The translations under genes and the position numbers were made by a program. A stretch of DNA of 64,000 nt from a candidate division WOR-3 bacterium (GTDB taxonomy: Bacteria > Hydrothermota > Tepidihabitantia > Tepidihabitantales > Tepidihabitantaceae): assembly GCA_965648905.1 (NCBI GenBank), contig CBFGIT010000002.1, positions 97,450 to 161,449 on the forward strand, in the 5' to 3' direction. How positions within the stretch are numbered: position 1 is the first letter of the stretch; every line of letters starts with the position of its first letter. This document shows positions 37,203 through 47,261 of the stretch, piece after piece. Below the pieces are notes generated by a model, which ran no database searches, was not told the origin of the DNA, and was given only the letters and a program-made list of their open reading frames with translations.

Positions 37203-37270
37203 ACAACCCGAGATGACAGCCTGACTGCCGTTCCGCGTTTCAACCTTCTGCTGTTCGCACTTGAGGAAAG

Positions 37271-37534
37271 CATCTGCCTTGCCGAACCCAAAACCGAAGC
37301 TGAAGCCGCGACAGACACTGAGACAAGCGCCGGGCAAGACGCGCAATCACCAGCCCGCTCAACCGCCGTAGCAACTGCTCAAGCCATTGCTTGCACCATC
37401 GCCCGCGAAGCAGCGTGCGGCAAAGCCGCAGGCCTCAGTCCAGCCTGCACTTGCGGCATCACGCCGCGTACGACCCGGAAGAACACCTGCCCAACCGCAC
37501 TTCCTTTCATGCCGGCATTCATGGCATAGGGGAC
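37271..37534 (-). repeat. Degenerate 12-nt-period array C (~22 units)
   Basis: On +, 18 of 19 consecutive 12-mers from 37271 to 37498 end in GC or AC. Shares in-phase GCAAAGCCGC with arrays A and B. Confidence 0.7.
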
Positions 37535-37589
37535 GGCCTCTCTCCGGTCTACCTCCACGGCAGTCTAGAGAAACAGCGGCAAGTCAGGC

Positions 37590-37796
37590 CCAAAGAACCG
37601 TACAACACGGTGAAGACAACCGGACATGACCTGGAATGCGGGGACTGCACCTTGGTCTGGCGCGTCCAGTGCGATGTGCATGACCCTGTGTTGCTTTCGG
37701 GTCGGCATTCGAGCTTGGGCTATCGCAGCCCGAACGAGTTTGAGAAGCAGGCCGATGCCACCCCGGAAGTGTCCATCTAATCTGGGCCTGCTGTCA
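37590..37796 (+). mobile_element. IS3-family remnant (transposase C-terminus and probable right end)
   Basis: 'GRHSSLGYRSPNEFEKQA', followed by an IR-like GTGTCC...CTGTCA end. Confidence 0.65.
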
Positions 37797-37800
37797 GCCT

Positions 37801-40092
37801 CTAATGGTAGCGCACAAACTCCATCTGGCCGTGTTCGAGCCGGACCACGAGCCCGCCTTCGGCCCGCGTGTTGATGTACCGTACTTTGGTCCCGGCCAGC
37901 CGCGTCTCAAGCCGGGCCGGCGTCGGATACCGGCCCATGACCACGACGTGGTCAGGCTGAACCAGACGGTAGAGCTCAGGTCGGTTTCCCTTTCTGCTGC
38001 CGTGGTGCGGGGACTTGAGCAGGTCGGCCCGCAGAGACGGGCCGGGCAGAAGCTCAAGCCGCTCCATGTCACCGGTCAGAAGCATCACAAATCCTGAGTG
38101 CTCGACTCGTGCCACAAGCGAGACCTCGTTGGTCGATGCCTGCCCGGCTGCAAACCGCTGGCCGGCGGCTTCGTCAGGCCAGAGAAACTCGATGCCGAAC
38201 CCACACCCGGTCAGCCTGCTGCCCTGGCCGACCGGCACTACCCGTGAGCCTTGCTGCCGCAGAAGGTCAAGGAGTCGAACATAGTCGGAATCGACACCCG
38301 CCAGTTGCGGGACAAGCACCTTCTCGACCCGGCAACGCTTGTGCAGGTCGAGCAGGCCGCCGTAGTGGTCCCGGTCCGGATGGGTGATGACGACTGCGTC
38401 AAGGTGGTGAATGCCGCGGCCGAGCAGGTAGTCCCTGAGCACCCGGGTCCGGTCGATGCCCGCGTCAAAAAGCACGCGCCGGCCGAGCGTATCCTCAAGC
38501 AGGGTAGCATCGCCCTGACGCGGGTCAAGAAACACGACCTGTGTCCGGGGCCGGTGCAGGGCCGAGGTCCAGACCAGGACATTCAATCCGACCAGCAGCA
38601 GCAGAGCCGCGGTAAATCGCCAGGCCCGGTGCGGCCAGTTCAAGGCCGCGAGCATCACGGCGTAGACCCAGGCAACCCCAAGCCAGGAGAGTCGTCCCGG
38701 CTCGACAATGGTCCAGCGGAGCTCGCCCATGAGCAGCGTCAGTCGGTTCAGGAGCCAGAGCAGGGCCCAGAGCGAGCCGGCGAAAATCGAGGCGAGCCAG
38801 CCGTGTACCAGTTTGGCAAGCAGGATAACAAGCCCGAGCGGCATGGCCAGGCTGACGAGCAATGCTGCCACCAGGCTGGTCAGGAAGGCAAGGGGTTGGA
38901 CCCGGTAGAAGTGATGAAGCACCAGCGGCGTGGTGGCGAGCGTTGCCGCAAGGGAAACAGCGGTTGGCACGAGGAGCCAGTGCTTGAGTCGCTTTCGCTT
39001 GGGGGTGTCCGCTGGTATCTTCTCCAGTCGGGGGACGATTAGGACAATGCCGAGCGTGGCGGCGAACGACAATTGAGCGCCGACCTCAAAGAGGGCGGAC
39101 GGGTCAGCGAGGAGCAGAACCAGTCCGGCAGCAGCCAGAGTTGCTGACGGCGACACTCGACGTTGCACCGGCACCGAGAGTAACACGGCCAGGGCCATTA
39201 AGCCGGCGCGCGCCGGGGCCGCGGTGAATCCTGCCACCGAGGCATACAGAAGGACGACCGCAGCGCCGACACCGAACCGCCACCAGCCGCGAACGCCGAT
39301 GGCCCCGAGCAGCAGGAGCAGCGCACCTACGACGATGCCCATGTGCAGGCCTGAGACCGCGAGGATGTGGACGATGCCGGAGTCGACGAACGCCTGTCGG
39401 GTCTCTTCAGGCAGGGCCTGTCGGTTGCCCAGGAGCAGTCCGGCAAGCAGCGCGGCCTCAGGCTCGGGCAGGAGTTGTTCGATTGTTCGTAGGACGTATC
39501 GCCGTACCGGCATGACCACGTATGCCATCCAAGGAGATCCTTTGCCACGCCCGACCACACGCACACCAGCGCTGCGAACAACGACTTTGCCGACCACGCC
39601 CCGCTCGGCCAGGACGCGGTTGAAGTCGGGAAGACCGGGATTGCGCGGGAAGTCGAGGGGCCGGATTCGGGCCGCAACGTCAACCACGTCCCCGTAGCGC
39701 AGCCTGACCCGGCTGTCCCGCAGCCAGAGCATTACCTTGCCGTCAAGCGGAGGCAGCAGCGTTACCGAGTACCTTAGTCTGCTTCCGTACCCCGGTTCGT
39801 CGACCACGACACCCTGGAACCCGCTGGCCTTGAAGGTCTCAGGCAAGGGAGGCACGGCTCGCCTTGCCTCGGCATACAGGTATGCTGCGCCGACCAGGGC
39901 AAGATAGAGTGCGAGGCCACGGCTGGTTCGGGCCAGGACAACTCCGAGCAGCACTGCGGCCCAGGGGACCCAGGCCGGAACCATAAGGGTCCGGCTCAGC
40001 CCGATGCCGAGTGCGACCGCGGCCAGCGCCCGCATTGCCGCATGGCGCATGCCCAAAGACACAGGTTGGAACCGTGGCTCGAACAGGAACAC
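37801..40092 (-). CDS. comEC: ComEC/Rec2 DNA uptake protein
   Basis: 'PRNPG..DF', 'HILAVSGLHMG', 'QLSFAAT', metallo-beta-lactamase motifs 'THPDRDH' and 'PHHGS'. Confidence 0.92.
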   Translation of the reverse strand: MFLFEPRFQPVSLGMRHAAMRALAAVALGIGLSRTLMVPAWVPWAAVLLGVVLARTSRGLALYLALVGAAYLYAEARRAVPPLPETFKASGFQGVVVDEPGYGSRLRYSVTLLPPLDGKVMLWLRDSRVRLRYGDVVDVAARIRPLDFPRNPGLPDFNRVLAERGVVGKVVVRSAGVRVVGRGKGSPWMAYVVMPVRRYVLRTIEQLLPEPEAALLAGLLLGNRQALPEETRQAFVDSGIVHILAVSGLHMGIVVGALLLLLGAIGVRGWWRFGVGAAVVLLYASVAGFTAAPARAGLMALAVLLSVPVQRRVSPSATLAAAGLVLLLADPSALFEVGAQLSFAATLGIVLIVPRLEKIPADTPKRKRLKHWLLVPTAVSLAATLATTPLVLHHFYRVQPLAFLTSLVAALLVSLAMPLGLVILLAKLVHGWLASIFAGSLWALLWLLNRLTLLMGELRWTIVEPGRLSWLGVAWVYAVMLAALNWPHRAWRFTAALLLLVGLNVLVWTSALHRPRTQVVFLDPRQGDATLLEDTLGRRVLFDAGIDRTRVLRDYLLGRGIHHLDAVVITHPDRDHYGGLLDLHKRCRVEKVLVPQLAGVDSDYVRLLDLLRQQGSRVVPVGQGSRLTGCGFGIEFLWPDEAAGQRFAAGQASTNEVSLVARVEHSGFVMLLTGDMERLELLPGPSLRADLLKSPHHGSRKGNRPELYRLVQPDHVVVMGRYPTPARLETRLAGTKVRYINTRAEGGLVVRLEHGQMEFVRYH

Positions 40093-40097
40093 GCGCC

Positions 40098-40126
40098 AGC
40101 TTAGTTGCCGGGCTCGGACAAGTCAA
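40098..40126 (-). promoter_or_regulatory. sigma70-type promoter, apparently leaderless
   Basis: TTGACT-N17-TAAGCT, 5 nt before GTG 40092. Confidence 0.55.
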
Positions 40127-40291
40127 ACCCGGGACCGATCCGGACTGCGCCGAGGCTCGGTCGGTCTGCGCAGGTATTTCTTTACTTCGGGCCCGGTCCC
40201 GAGTAGACTCTTGCTCTTGCTCGATAGATTGCTCGCCGTTGCCTGCCGCCCGCATCAACTCCCTTCGAAAATCGCAGACCGCGTGCCGGTC

Positions 40292-41101
40292 ATGAAGCTG
40301 CTGGACCTGTTCTACAGCGTGTCCCCGCGTGCCGGCCGGCTGCTCTGCTGGTATTGGTACCAGCACATGAGTCGGCTGGACAAAGACATCGACATGACCT
40401 TCATGAACTATGGCTATGCCGACCTAGACCAGGCTGCGCCCGTGCTTCCGCTCGCCGGCGCACCCGAAGCCGACCGCTACTGCATTCAGCTCTACCACCA
40501 CGTTGCCAGCCGGGTCGAGATCGCCGGCCGCGACGTGCTGGAAGTCGGGTGCGGCCGGGGCGGCGGCGCGACCTATATCGCCCGTGCCCTGCAGCCGCGC
40601 ACGACCGTGGGCATGGACCTGGCCGGCAAGGCGGTGGATTTCTGCACCCGGCACCATTCGGTGCCCGGTCTCAGTTTTGTCCAGGGCGCGGCTGAGTCGA
40701 TGCCGTTTCCCGACCGGTCGTTCGACGTCGTCATCAATGTCGAGTCGTCGCACTGCTACTCGTCGATGGACCGGTTCTTAAGCGAAGTCCGGCGCGTGCT
40801 CCGGCCGGATGGCTTTCTGGTGCTCGCCGACCGAAGGGCGCGCGACACGATTCCTTTGCTGCGTGAGCAACTGAACCGGTCCGGCCTCAAGCTCGTGAAC
40901 GAAACCCGAATCACCGCCAACGTGGTCCGTGCCCTTGAGCTTGACAACGAGCGCAAGCTGGCTTTGATTCATCGGAAAGTGCCGTACCTCCTGCGCAAGG
41001 CGTTCAAGCACTTTGCCGCCACCAGGGGCACTTCGCTCTACCGCGCATTCTGCCGCGGCTCATGGGAGTACCTGAGCTTTGTCCTGCGCAAGGCGGCCTG
41101 A
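40292..41101 (+). CDS. Class I SAM-dependent methyltransferase (fatty-acid/lipid O-methyltransferase-like)
   Basis: 'FMNYGY', 'IQLYH', 'VLEVGCGRGGG', 'NVESSHCY', 'RVLRPDG'. Start codon uncertain. Confidence 0.85.
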   Translation: MKLLDLFYSVSPRAGRLLCWYWYQHMSRLDKDIDMTFMNYGYADLDQAAPVLPLAGAPEADRYCIQLYHHVASRVEIAGRDVLEVGCGRGGGATYIARALQPRTTVGMDLAGKAVDFCTRHHSVPGLSFVQGAAESMPFPDRSFDVVINVESSHCYSSMDRFLSEVRRVLRPDGFLVLADRRARDTIPLLREQLNRSGLKLVNETRITANVVRALELDNERKLALIHRKVPYLLRKAFKHFAATRGTSLYRAFCRGSWEYLSFVLRKAA

Positions 41102-41398
41102 CCTTCAGTAGCGCTGAGCAAGCCCATCTCTCAAGGCCGAAGTGACAGTCCCCACGAACAAGAGTGCCCCGCAAGTCGGGCCAGTGCCGTTTCTCTTGAA
41201 AGTCGCAGCCGCTCGACCGCGGATTCCACCGCAGGAGCGGCCTTTCGCTGCGCTCTGAGTGAACTGAGTCGGCAGTCCAAGATGACCGGTTACGCCGGTT
41301 CCCGGCGTATCGAGCCCACACTCAGGATGAAGCCGGTTCGGTTGGCGCGTGCCGCGCAGAGCCGGCGACCGCAGCGGCACCGCCTCCAGCACAACGCG

Positions 41399-42154
41399 CT
41401 AGCGAACGAGTCTGACCGGGGCTATCCGTCCGTCGTAGCGAATGAAGTAGACGCCAGGGGCGAGGCGAGAGACGTTGTTGGCGCCGGGGCCGAGCTGCAT
41501 CGTTCGGCGACCGTCTGCGCTCAGGAGTGAGGAAGAGGGCGTGCGGAAGGAGGAGATGCGGAGGACGCCATGTACCAGCGTCGGTCGAGCCGTGCGCGCA
41601 GGTAAGGCGGTCCAGCGGCCTTCGTTTGTACTGACCGGAATCTCGCGCACAAACGCGGAGAAGCAGAACTCGCCGACATTGTCCAGAGTCCATGCGCCGG
41701 GCGAACCGTAATAGCTGTGCGCGGTCGGGCCGGTATCGACGTTGACGTAGGGATGGGCGTAGGGGTTCACGAGTCGGTGCGCAGTAGCAATCCAGAAGTC
41801 GCCGGAGTCGATGGCAACCGGCGTCGACAGCCCGTAGTAGCTCCAGTTGGAGGAAGGCGCGTAGAGCGTCTCCGATTCCCAGAGCAGGGAAGCACCATCG
41901 CCTTCGTAGATGCGGAAGGTGAAGGCGGTGTCCTGGCGCGAACCCATGCCCCAGTACCACCATATCTTGAGAGATTCGACCTGAAAGGGGTAGCTCAGGT
42001 TGAAGTCGGCCGGGCGGAGTTTCATGGCCCGCTGCGGGCCCTGGAACGCGAACCAGCCGTCCGCGCCGTTGTAGTAGCTGACCCAGGACGAGTCGTCGGG
42101 CCGGGCGACCGCAGCCGCAGCGGCCGCAAGCAGCAACACCGATAGCGTCTTCAC
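41399..42154 (-). CDS. Secreted protein with C-terminal sorting-type domain
   Basis: AAGGAG SD, GTG at 42154, signal peptide; C-terminus 'PTLVHGVL...DGRRTMQLGPGANNVSRLAPGVYF'. Confidence 0.75.
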   Translation of the reverse strand: MKTLSVLLLAAAAAAVARPDDSSWVSYYNGADGWFAFQGPQRAMKLRPADFNLSYPFQVESLKIWWYWGMGSRQDTAFTFRIYEGDGASLLWESETLYAPSSNWSYYGLSTPVAIDSGDFWIATAHRLVNPYAHPYVNVDTGPTAHSYYGSPGAWTLDNVGEFCFSAFVREIPVSTNEGRWTALPARTARPTLVHGVLRISSFRTPSSSLLSADGRRTMQLGPGANNVSRLAPGVYFIRYDGRIAPVRLVR

Positions 42155-42235
42155 AGGTTCTCCTTTTCGCGCCGCGTGCAACGGAAACGGCGCGGCGTAC
42201 GAGTACATCGTATACCGCGCCGCACCGAGGTCAAG

Positions 42236-45235
42236 CTAGTCGAGCTTGACCAGTTTCTTCATGGCCCGGAAGTCGGCCGAGCAGAACCGACAGCAGTAGA
42301 TGCCGCGGGCGACGGTTGCGCCCGCTTCGTCGCGGCCGTCCCAAGTCACACGGTGGTAGCCGGCTGGCCGCGTACCGTCGACCAGGTTCCGCACGAGCCG
42401 GCCGGACGCGCTGTAGATGGCAAGGCGGGCCAGCGCCGGTTGGGGCAGGGCGAAGCGGACTTGGGTCAACCGGCGGAAGGGCGTCGGCACCGCGTCGTCG
42501 AGCGCAGTAGCTGCAGGCAGGCCGGCCACTTCGGTGACGCTGGTCGGCGGCAGGACAAAGCAGGTGTCGCGCAGGGTGTCGTTGGCACGGTTCATGTCCG
42601 GGCCAAGGGCCGCGACACAGGTCAACCACACCGGCCCGACCCGCTGCGGGGTCCAGCTCGGGAAGCGGGCAGTGTCTCTTTCTCCGGGCTGGAGCGCGAC
42701 GTGGACCGATTCGGCATAGCCCGAGCCGATGTGAATCCAGAACGGCGCGTCTTCGGCGCGCGTACCGTAGTTCTGGACAAGCACGAGCGGAATGACCGCA
42801 ACGCCTGAGTCAACCGTATCTTGGGGTGCAATGATTTCGACAACGCCGATGTCGCGGATGACACCTCGGACAAGACACGAATCACGCCGTGCGTCGTTGG
42901 CCGGGTTTGCGTCGCCGGCCAGCTCAGTCGAGCAGGAGACGGCAAACGTGCCGAGCTGGTTTGCGGGCCAGCCCGGGAACAGAACCGGCAGCAGGCTGCC
43001 GGCCGCATGACCGGTAACGGTCACGGTCGTGTCATAGCCTGAGCCGATGCGCATGCGCACCGAGTAGTCCTCGCTGACCGTGCCATAGTTGCGCACGGTA
43101 CAGGCCGGAGTGATGACCGTGCCTGATTCCACGACCCCGGTCGGCGCGACGATGCGCGTGACGCCGACGTCGTGAATCGTCCCGAGGTTGACTGCGCCGG
43201 TGATGACCACGGCGTAGGGCTGGCGCGTGGTGACGACGTTCTGGGCTGAGACGCGCAGGGTCCAGGTGCCGGGCATGGGACTGGCGACCCGGAACATTTC
43301 CTGCGGGTTCAGGTTGTCATAGGGCTGGCTCGGATTGCGTACCGACAGGCCGCCCGAGTAGATGCTGCCCTTGTAGAAGTCGGCATTGGGTGCTGCGAGC
43401 TGGCAGTCGAGGTTGTTGATGAGCGCCGGGTTGGCACCCGCGGCCGCGTTGGTGTCGGTCCAGACCACGCTCGCGCGCAGGTGCAGGGTCGAGTCGGTGA
43501 CCTGGAACGCGTACTCGTGGTACTCGCCCGTGGCAAGACCGGTCGTGTCGTCGTAGAGTAGCAGCTTGCGCGCATCCGGGCTTGGGGTGGAGAAATACAT
43601 CACCGAGTCGAGGTCGACGCGCCCCCAGCCGACATAAGGCGACGGGATGACGTAGCTGCCGATGTTCGGGTCGGCCGACACGAGGATCATCGCCTTGAGC
43701 ACCGCCGCCGACACATACCCCCAGGTGTCGGCCGCATTCGCCGCGCCGGATGGGTAGTAACCTTTGCGCAGGTAGTTGCGCAACAGACCGACCGAGCCGT
43801 TGACCGCCGGCGCGGACATCGAAGTGCCGCTCATTGAGACGTAGCCGTTCGACGAGCCGGACTGCGCTGACATGATGTTCTCACCGGGAATTGAGATGTC
43901 GGGTTTCATTCGTCCGTCCGGGGCCGGGCCGCGCGAGGAGTAGGTCGAGAGAATTGTCGAGCTGGTGCCGTTCTGGAGCGATGCGGCGGCGATGACCGAC
44001 TTGGAGTTGCCCGGCTCGGTAATTCGGTACTCGCTCGACTGGCCCTGGTTACCGCACGACTTGATCGTCTGGATGTCCTTGTTCTTCCATGAGAACAGGT
44101 CGAACGTGGATGCCGCGTTGGTGTACTGGCCCATGGTCAGGGTCCACCATGAACATGAGATGGTGCGGGGCCGGAGTTCCGGGTTGCGCAGGTAGTTGGT
44201 GATGATATTGAGCGGCTCAGTGAAGTCGTTGCCGGGCGGCTGAGGAATGGGCGAAAGCTGAACCAGCCGCGCCGACTTGGAGTGACCGTCGTTCAGACTG
44301 GTGCCGCCGTTGGCCGAGTCGTTGCCGGCAATTGTGCCGCCGACGTGCGTGCCGTGCGAATCGGCGCTGCCCAGGCGGGCTGGCGGGTACTTTTTCAAGG
44401 CAACGATCTTCCGGTGAGTCGGGAACTCGCCGGTATCAGTAATCGGCACGGCCTGGTCACGGAAGGCATAGTGATTCGGGTCAATCTGGCCGTCTGAGTA
44501 GCCGAGAACCTCGCCTTCGCCGAACAGGCCCTGGTCCCAGACCCGGCGCTGGTTCTGGGCCCAGGTCTGCGCGACCCACTGGCAGTCGACGTTCTCCGGC
44601 TCGGCCGGGTGCCACTCCTCGATGTTCATCACCCAGCCCAGCCGGGCAATCAGGGCAAGGTCTTCGCGTGAGCAGTCGACCTCGATGACCTTGACGTAGT
44701 CGGACACGCCGGTCCGAACGACCGCGAGCCCGAGGTCCTCAAGCTCACGTGCGGCCGCGGTCAGGTCTTCAGGATAGAACAGGGTGACTGAAACGCGGCC
44801 AAACCCCTGCTCCTGCAGCGTGCCGGACCAGAACTTGTAGCCGGGCTGGTACACCCCGGCCCAGCGGATGAAGCTGAGTCCGGTGACCTGCGCCATGGTC
44901 GTGCGGTTTGCCTTGACAAAGGCAGTGTAGCGCGAGTGGAACCCGAGGAACTGCGCGCCGGTTCGGGCCAGTTCGGAAATCTGCCCGCCGGTTACCGGCC
45001 CCGAGAATTGGACCAGGTACCAGCCGGTGCCGTCACCCGGATAGGAACTGAGCACTAGGTTCTCGGGCAGGCGCGGTTGTTCGTACAATGGGTCGAACCG
45101 TGCGATGTCCCAGAACCCGACGCGGAAGTCGGCCGCGTCGGTCACAGGCAGATAGGTACCGGCCGTCTTCGGCCCGAACGGATTGGCCGCGAATGCGGCG
45201 GCGAACAGTGATGCGAGCAACAGCAGTCTCTTCAT
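42236..45235 (-). CDS. S8 (subtilisin-like) serine peptidase with CARDB-like repeats and FlgD-Ig-type C-terminal domain
   Basis: Catalytic triad motifs 'YSDGQID', 'HGTHVGGT', 'SGTSMSAP'; 'KPDI'; C-terminal 'WDGRDEAG...GIY...KKLVKLD'. Confidence 0.9.
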   Translation of the reverse strand: MKRLLLLASLFAAAFAANPFGPKTAGTYLPVTDAADFRVGFWDIARFDPLYEQPRLPENLVLSSYPGDGTGWYLVQFSGPVTGGQISELARTGAQFLGFHSRYTAFVKANRTTMAQVTGLSFIRWAGVYQPGYKFWSGTLQEQGFGRVSVTLFYPEDLTAAARELEDLGLAVVRTGVSDYVKVIEVDCSREDLALIARLGWVMNIEEWHPAEPENVDCQWVAQTWAQNQRRVWDQGLFGEGEVLGYSDGQIDPNHYAFRDQAVPITDTGEFPTHRKIVALKKYPPARLGSADSHGTHVGGTIAGNDSANGGTSLNDGHSKSARLVQLSPIPQPPGNDFTEPLNIITNYLRNPELRPRTISCSWWTLTMGQYTNAASTFDLFSWKNKDIQTIKSCGNQGQSSEYRITEPGNSKSVIAAASLQNGTSSTILSTYSSRGPAPDGRMKPDISIPGENIMSAQSGSSNGYVSMSGTSMSAPAVNGSVGLLRNYLRKGYYPSGAANAADTWGYVSAAVLKAMILVSADPNIGSYVIPSPYVGWGRVDLDSVMYFSTPSPDARKLLLYDDTTGLATGEYHEYAFQVTDSTLHLRASVVWTDTNAAAGANPALINNLDCQLAAPNADFYKGSIYSGGLSVRNPSQPYDNLNPQEMFRVASPMPGTWTLRVSAQNVVTTRQPYAVVITGAVNLGTIHDVGVTRIVAPTGVVESGTVITPACTVRNYGTVSEDYSVRMRIGSGYDTTVTVTGHAAGSLLPVLFPGWPANQLGTFAVSCSTELAGDANPANDARRDSCLVRGVIRDIGVVEIIAPQDTVDSGVAVIPLVLVQNYGTRAEDAPFWIHIGSGYAESVHVALQPGERDTARFPSWTPQRVGPVWLTCVAALGPDMNRANDTLRDTCFVLPPTSVTEVAGLPAATALDDAVPTPFRRLTQVRFALPQPALARLAIYSASGRLVRNLVDGTRPAGYHRVTWDGRDEAGATVARGIYCCRFCSADFRAMKKLVKLD

Positions 45236-45439
45236 TGGTTCTCCACCAGACAGTTTATGCCCGGGCTCGGGCGCTTTCGGTCAGAGGCAGTCAAGCTCGG
45301 CGTTGACAACAAGGAGTAATCATACCGCAGCCTGCCGGGCTCTGGCAAGTCCGGCGGTAAGCCGCGATTGTGGGTCCTGGACTCAGAAAGTCGAAGGCCG
45401 AATGAACCCTCAGTGCTCTCTGCGTTCATAGCGCGGCGG

Positions 45440-45711
45440 AGCGCCTGAACCAGCGAGGCAAGCAACGGTGCCGACCACGGTCGAAACCGCAACCAGAACC
45501 ACAATCCGAGCGCAGGACGGCTCGGCGCAGCCGGCCAGGAGCCGAGCCAGGAACAGAGCGACAGGCACAGGGACAGATATCTCGGCAAGGAGAGCACCAG
45601 GGCCAACGTCAGCCAGGTCGACCTCGACCGTGACCGGCCGAGCCGCTCTGGTCGCAACGAGCAAAGCCGCGCGACAAGTGGCAAGGGAGACCGTACCCAC
45701 CTGAAATGTGG
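45440..45711 (-). repeat. Degenerate 12-nt-period array B (21 units)
   Basis: On the minus strand 18 of 21 units start with G (7 with GCT). CCAC-N7-GTGG at 45697-45711. 18/19 nt match to array A. Confidence 0.75.
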
Positions 45712-45953
45712 TATCGAGCTAAGTAACAATACGCCAAGCGGTTGGGCCCGAGCCCTGGCTGCCAATGGGTTACAATATGTGTAAACCAGTGCCATCATGC
45801 CGAGCCGTCTGGACATGCCCGGACCGGTTGAGCAGCCAGGCGAAGACAGACCCCATTACTCAGGCCATGCAGGTCGCTGTTGACCGGTCGTCCTGCATTC
45901 GTCATTCCCGCTCGACCTCTGGTCGATGCGGGCGGGCCGTGACGCAGCTTCTG

Positions 45954-46376
45954 TTACGGCAGCGAGCTGGGCGGAGGCTGGGAGGCGGACCTCGAGGACT
46001 GGTCGGCTACCGGCTCGCCCTGCTGAGCGTTGTAACGGATGAGCCAGACGATTATCAGTGCCGCGCCGACAAAGAGGAAGATGAAGCCGCCCTCGAGGTC
46101 TTTGAGTGAGCCCGAGACGAGCTCGGCCACAAGCAGTGCCAGCCCGACCGCGGCCGAAACTGCACCCCAGCCCAGCAGGGCATAGCCCTGGGCCTTTCTC
46201 GGCGGTGGGGGCGGCATCATGCCCTGTTCGATCATCTTCATGCGCTCTTTGTGACGTTTGCCGGCGACCGAGAGCACCACCGCGGCAATGAGCGCGGTCG
46301 TAATAATCGGGATGCCGAAGATCATCACGACCGCGACGACGTCGGTCATTGAGTTGAGAACTTCGCTTGGGTCCAT
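45954..46376 (-). CDS. Small membrane protein (DUF6249-like)
   Basis: TM helix, 'RHKERMKMIEQG', then two TM helices; a typical neighbour of ECF sigma factors. Confidence 0.7.
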   Translation of the reverse strand: MDPSEVLNSMTDVVAVVMIFGIPIITTALIAAVVLSVAGKRHKERMKMIEQGMMPPPPPRKAQGYALLGWGAVSAAVGLALLVAELVSGSLKDLEGGFIFLFVGAALIIVWLIRYNAQQGEPVADQSSRSASQPPPSSLP

Positions 46377-46392
46377 GCTTGCCTCCTGATTT

Positions 46393-46611
46393 CTAGTTCA
46401 CGCTGGTACTGGCTGAGTGAGTCTGGGCAAGGTCCTGCCCGCGGCTCGGGCGGACCACGATTTCGTCTACGACCGCATTAGGACCCCGGGCTGTCACCAG
46501 GACCTCAGGGATAGTGCTGCCGGCAGTCGGATGACGGGCCGATGCGACCAGCGCACCGGTTATCGCCATGACCAGCGCGGCAGCGTAGACGATTCTTGAC
46601 TGGTATGTCAT
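46393..46611 (-). CDS. 72-aa secreted peptide with two TonB-box-like motifs
   Basis: Signal peptide ending VASA; 'IPEVLVTAR' and 'VDEIVVRP'. Confidence 0.65.
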   Translation of the reverse strand: MTYQSRIVYAAALVMAITGALVASARHPTAGSTIPEVLVTARGPNAVVDEIVVRPSRGQDLAQTHSASTSVN

Positions 46612-46622
46612 TATGCCCTTAT

Positions 46623-46682
46623 GACGCAGGTCCTTGCCGGTTTGTTGCGAGAGCTGTAACATTACCCGGCCGCGAGCGTCTT
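46623..46682. promoter_or_regulatory. Back-to-back ECF-type promoters
   Basis: + strand TGTAAC-N16-CGTC (46655-46680); minus strand CGCAAC-N17-CGTC (46649-46623). Confidence 0.65.
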
Positions 46683-46694
46683 ATGGTCAGAGAA

Positions 46695-47261
46695 ATGGAA
46701 GCCACTGCCGAAGAAGTGCTGGTCCAGCGCTCGGCCCGGGGCGATGAGGACGCTTTCGCGGTACTGGTGAACCGGTACAAGGGCATGCTCTACTCGACCG
46801 CGTACCGGCTGATGCGCGACCCGGGACGGGCCGAGGACATGGCTCAGGAGACGTTCATCAAGGCGTATGCCGCGCTGCCCGGGTTTCGCGGCCAGTCGAA
46901 GTTCTCGTCCTGGTTGTATCGGATATGCTACAACACCTGCATCAGCGAGCTGCGCCGGCGCAGGCCCGAGGTCGAGCTGGACGAGGCGATGGCGGTGCAG
47001 GTAGACGGCCCGGTCGAAGCGTTTCGAGCCAAGAGCATCCAGGAAGTCGTGCAGGATGAGGTGCGCAAGCTGCCGGACGACTACCGGGCGGCGATAACGC
47101 TGTACCACTTCAACGGTCTGTCATATGAAGAGATTGCCCAGATGACCCGCAAACCGATGGGCACGGTCAAGGCCAATATCCATCGGGCGCGCGCGGTGCT
47201 GAAGACGCGTCTTGTCGAGCGGGTCGGCTGGGAAAACCTGAAAGAGGTGATGCTGCAATGA
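46695..47261 (+). CDS. ECF RNA polymerase sigma-70 factor
   Basis: 'AEDMAQETFIKAY', 'FSSWLYRI', 'SYEEIA...GTVKANIHRAR'. Start at 46683 or 46695. Confidence 0.92.
   Translation: MEATAEEVLVQRSARGDEDAFAVLVNRYKGMLYSTAYRLMRDPGRAEDMAQETFIKAYAALPGFRGQSKFSSWLYRICYNTCISELRRRRPEVELDEAMAVQVDGPVEAFRAKSIQEVVQDEVRKLPDDYRAAITLYHFNGLSYEEIAQMTRKPMGTVKANIHRARAVLKTRLVERVGWENLKEVMLQ

Noticed and set aside
37214..37796. TGACAGC...GCTGTCA as terminal inverted repeats of a single element enclosing array C
   Set aside because: Only a 7-bp match and no target-site duplication.
41101..41398. Possible fourth 12-mer array
   Set aside because: A few similar words (gctgagcaagcc, gccccgcaagtc) are present, but I could not find a sustained 12-nt phase by eye.
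45232..45816. 194-aa ORF upstream of the S8 peptidase
   Set aside because: It crosses array B and the probable peptidase promoter, has low complexity, and has no recognisable motif or SD.
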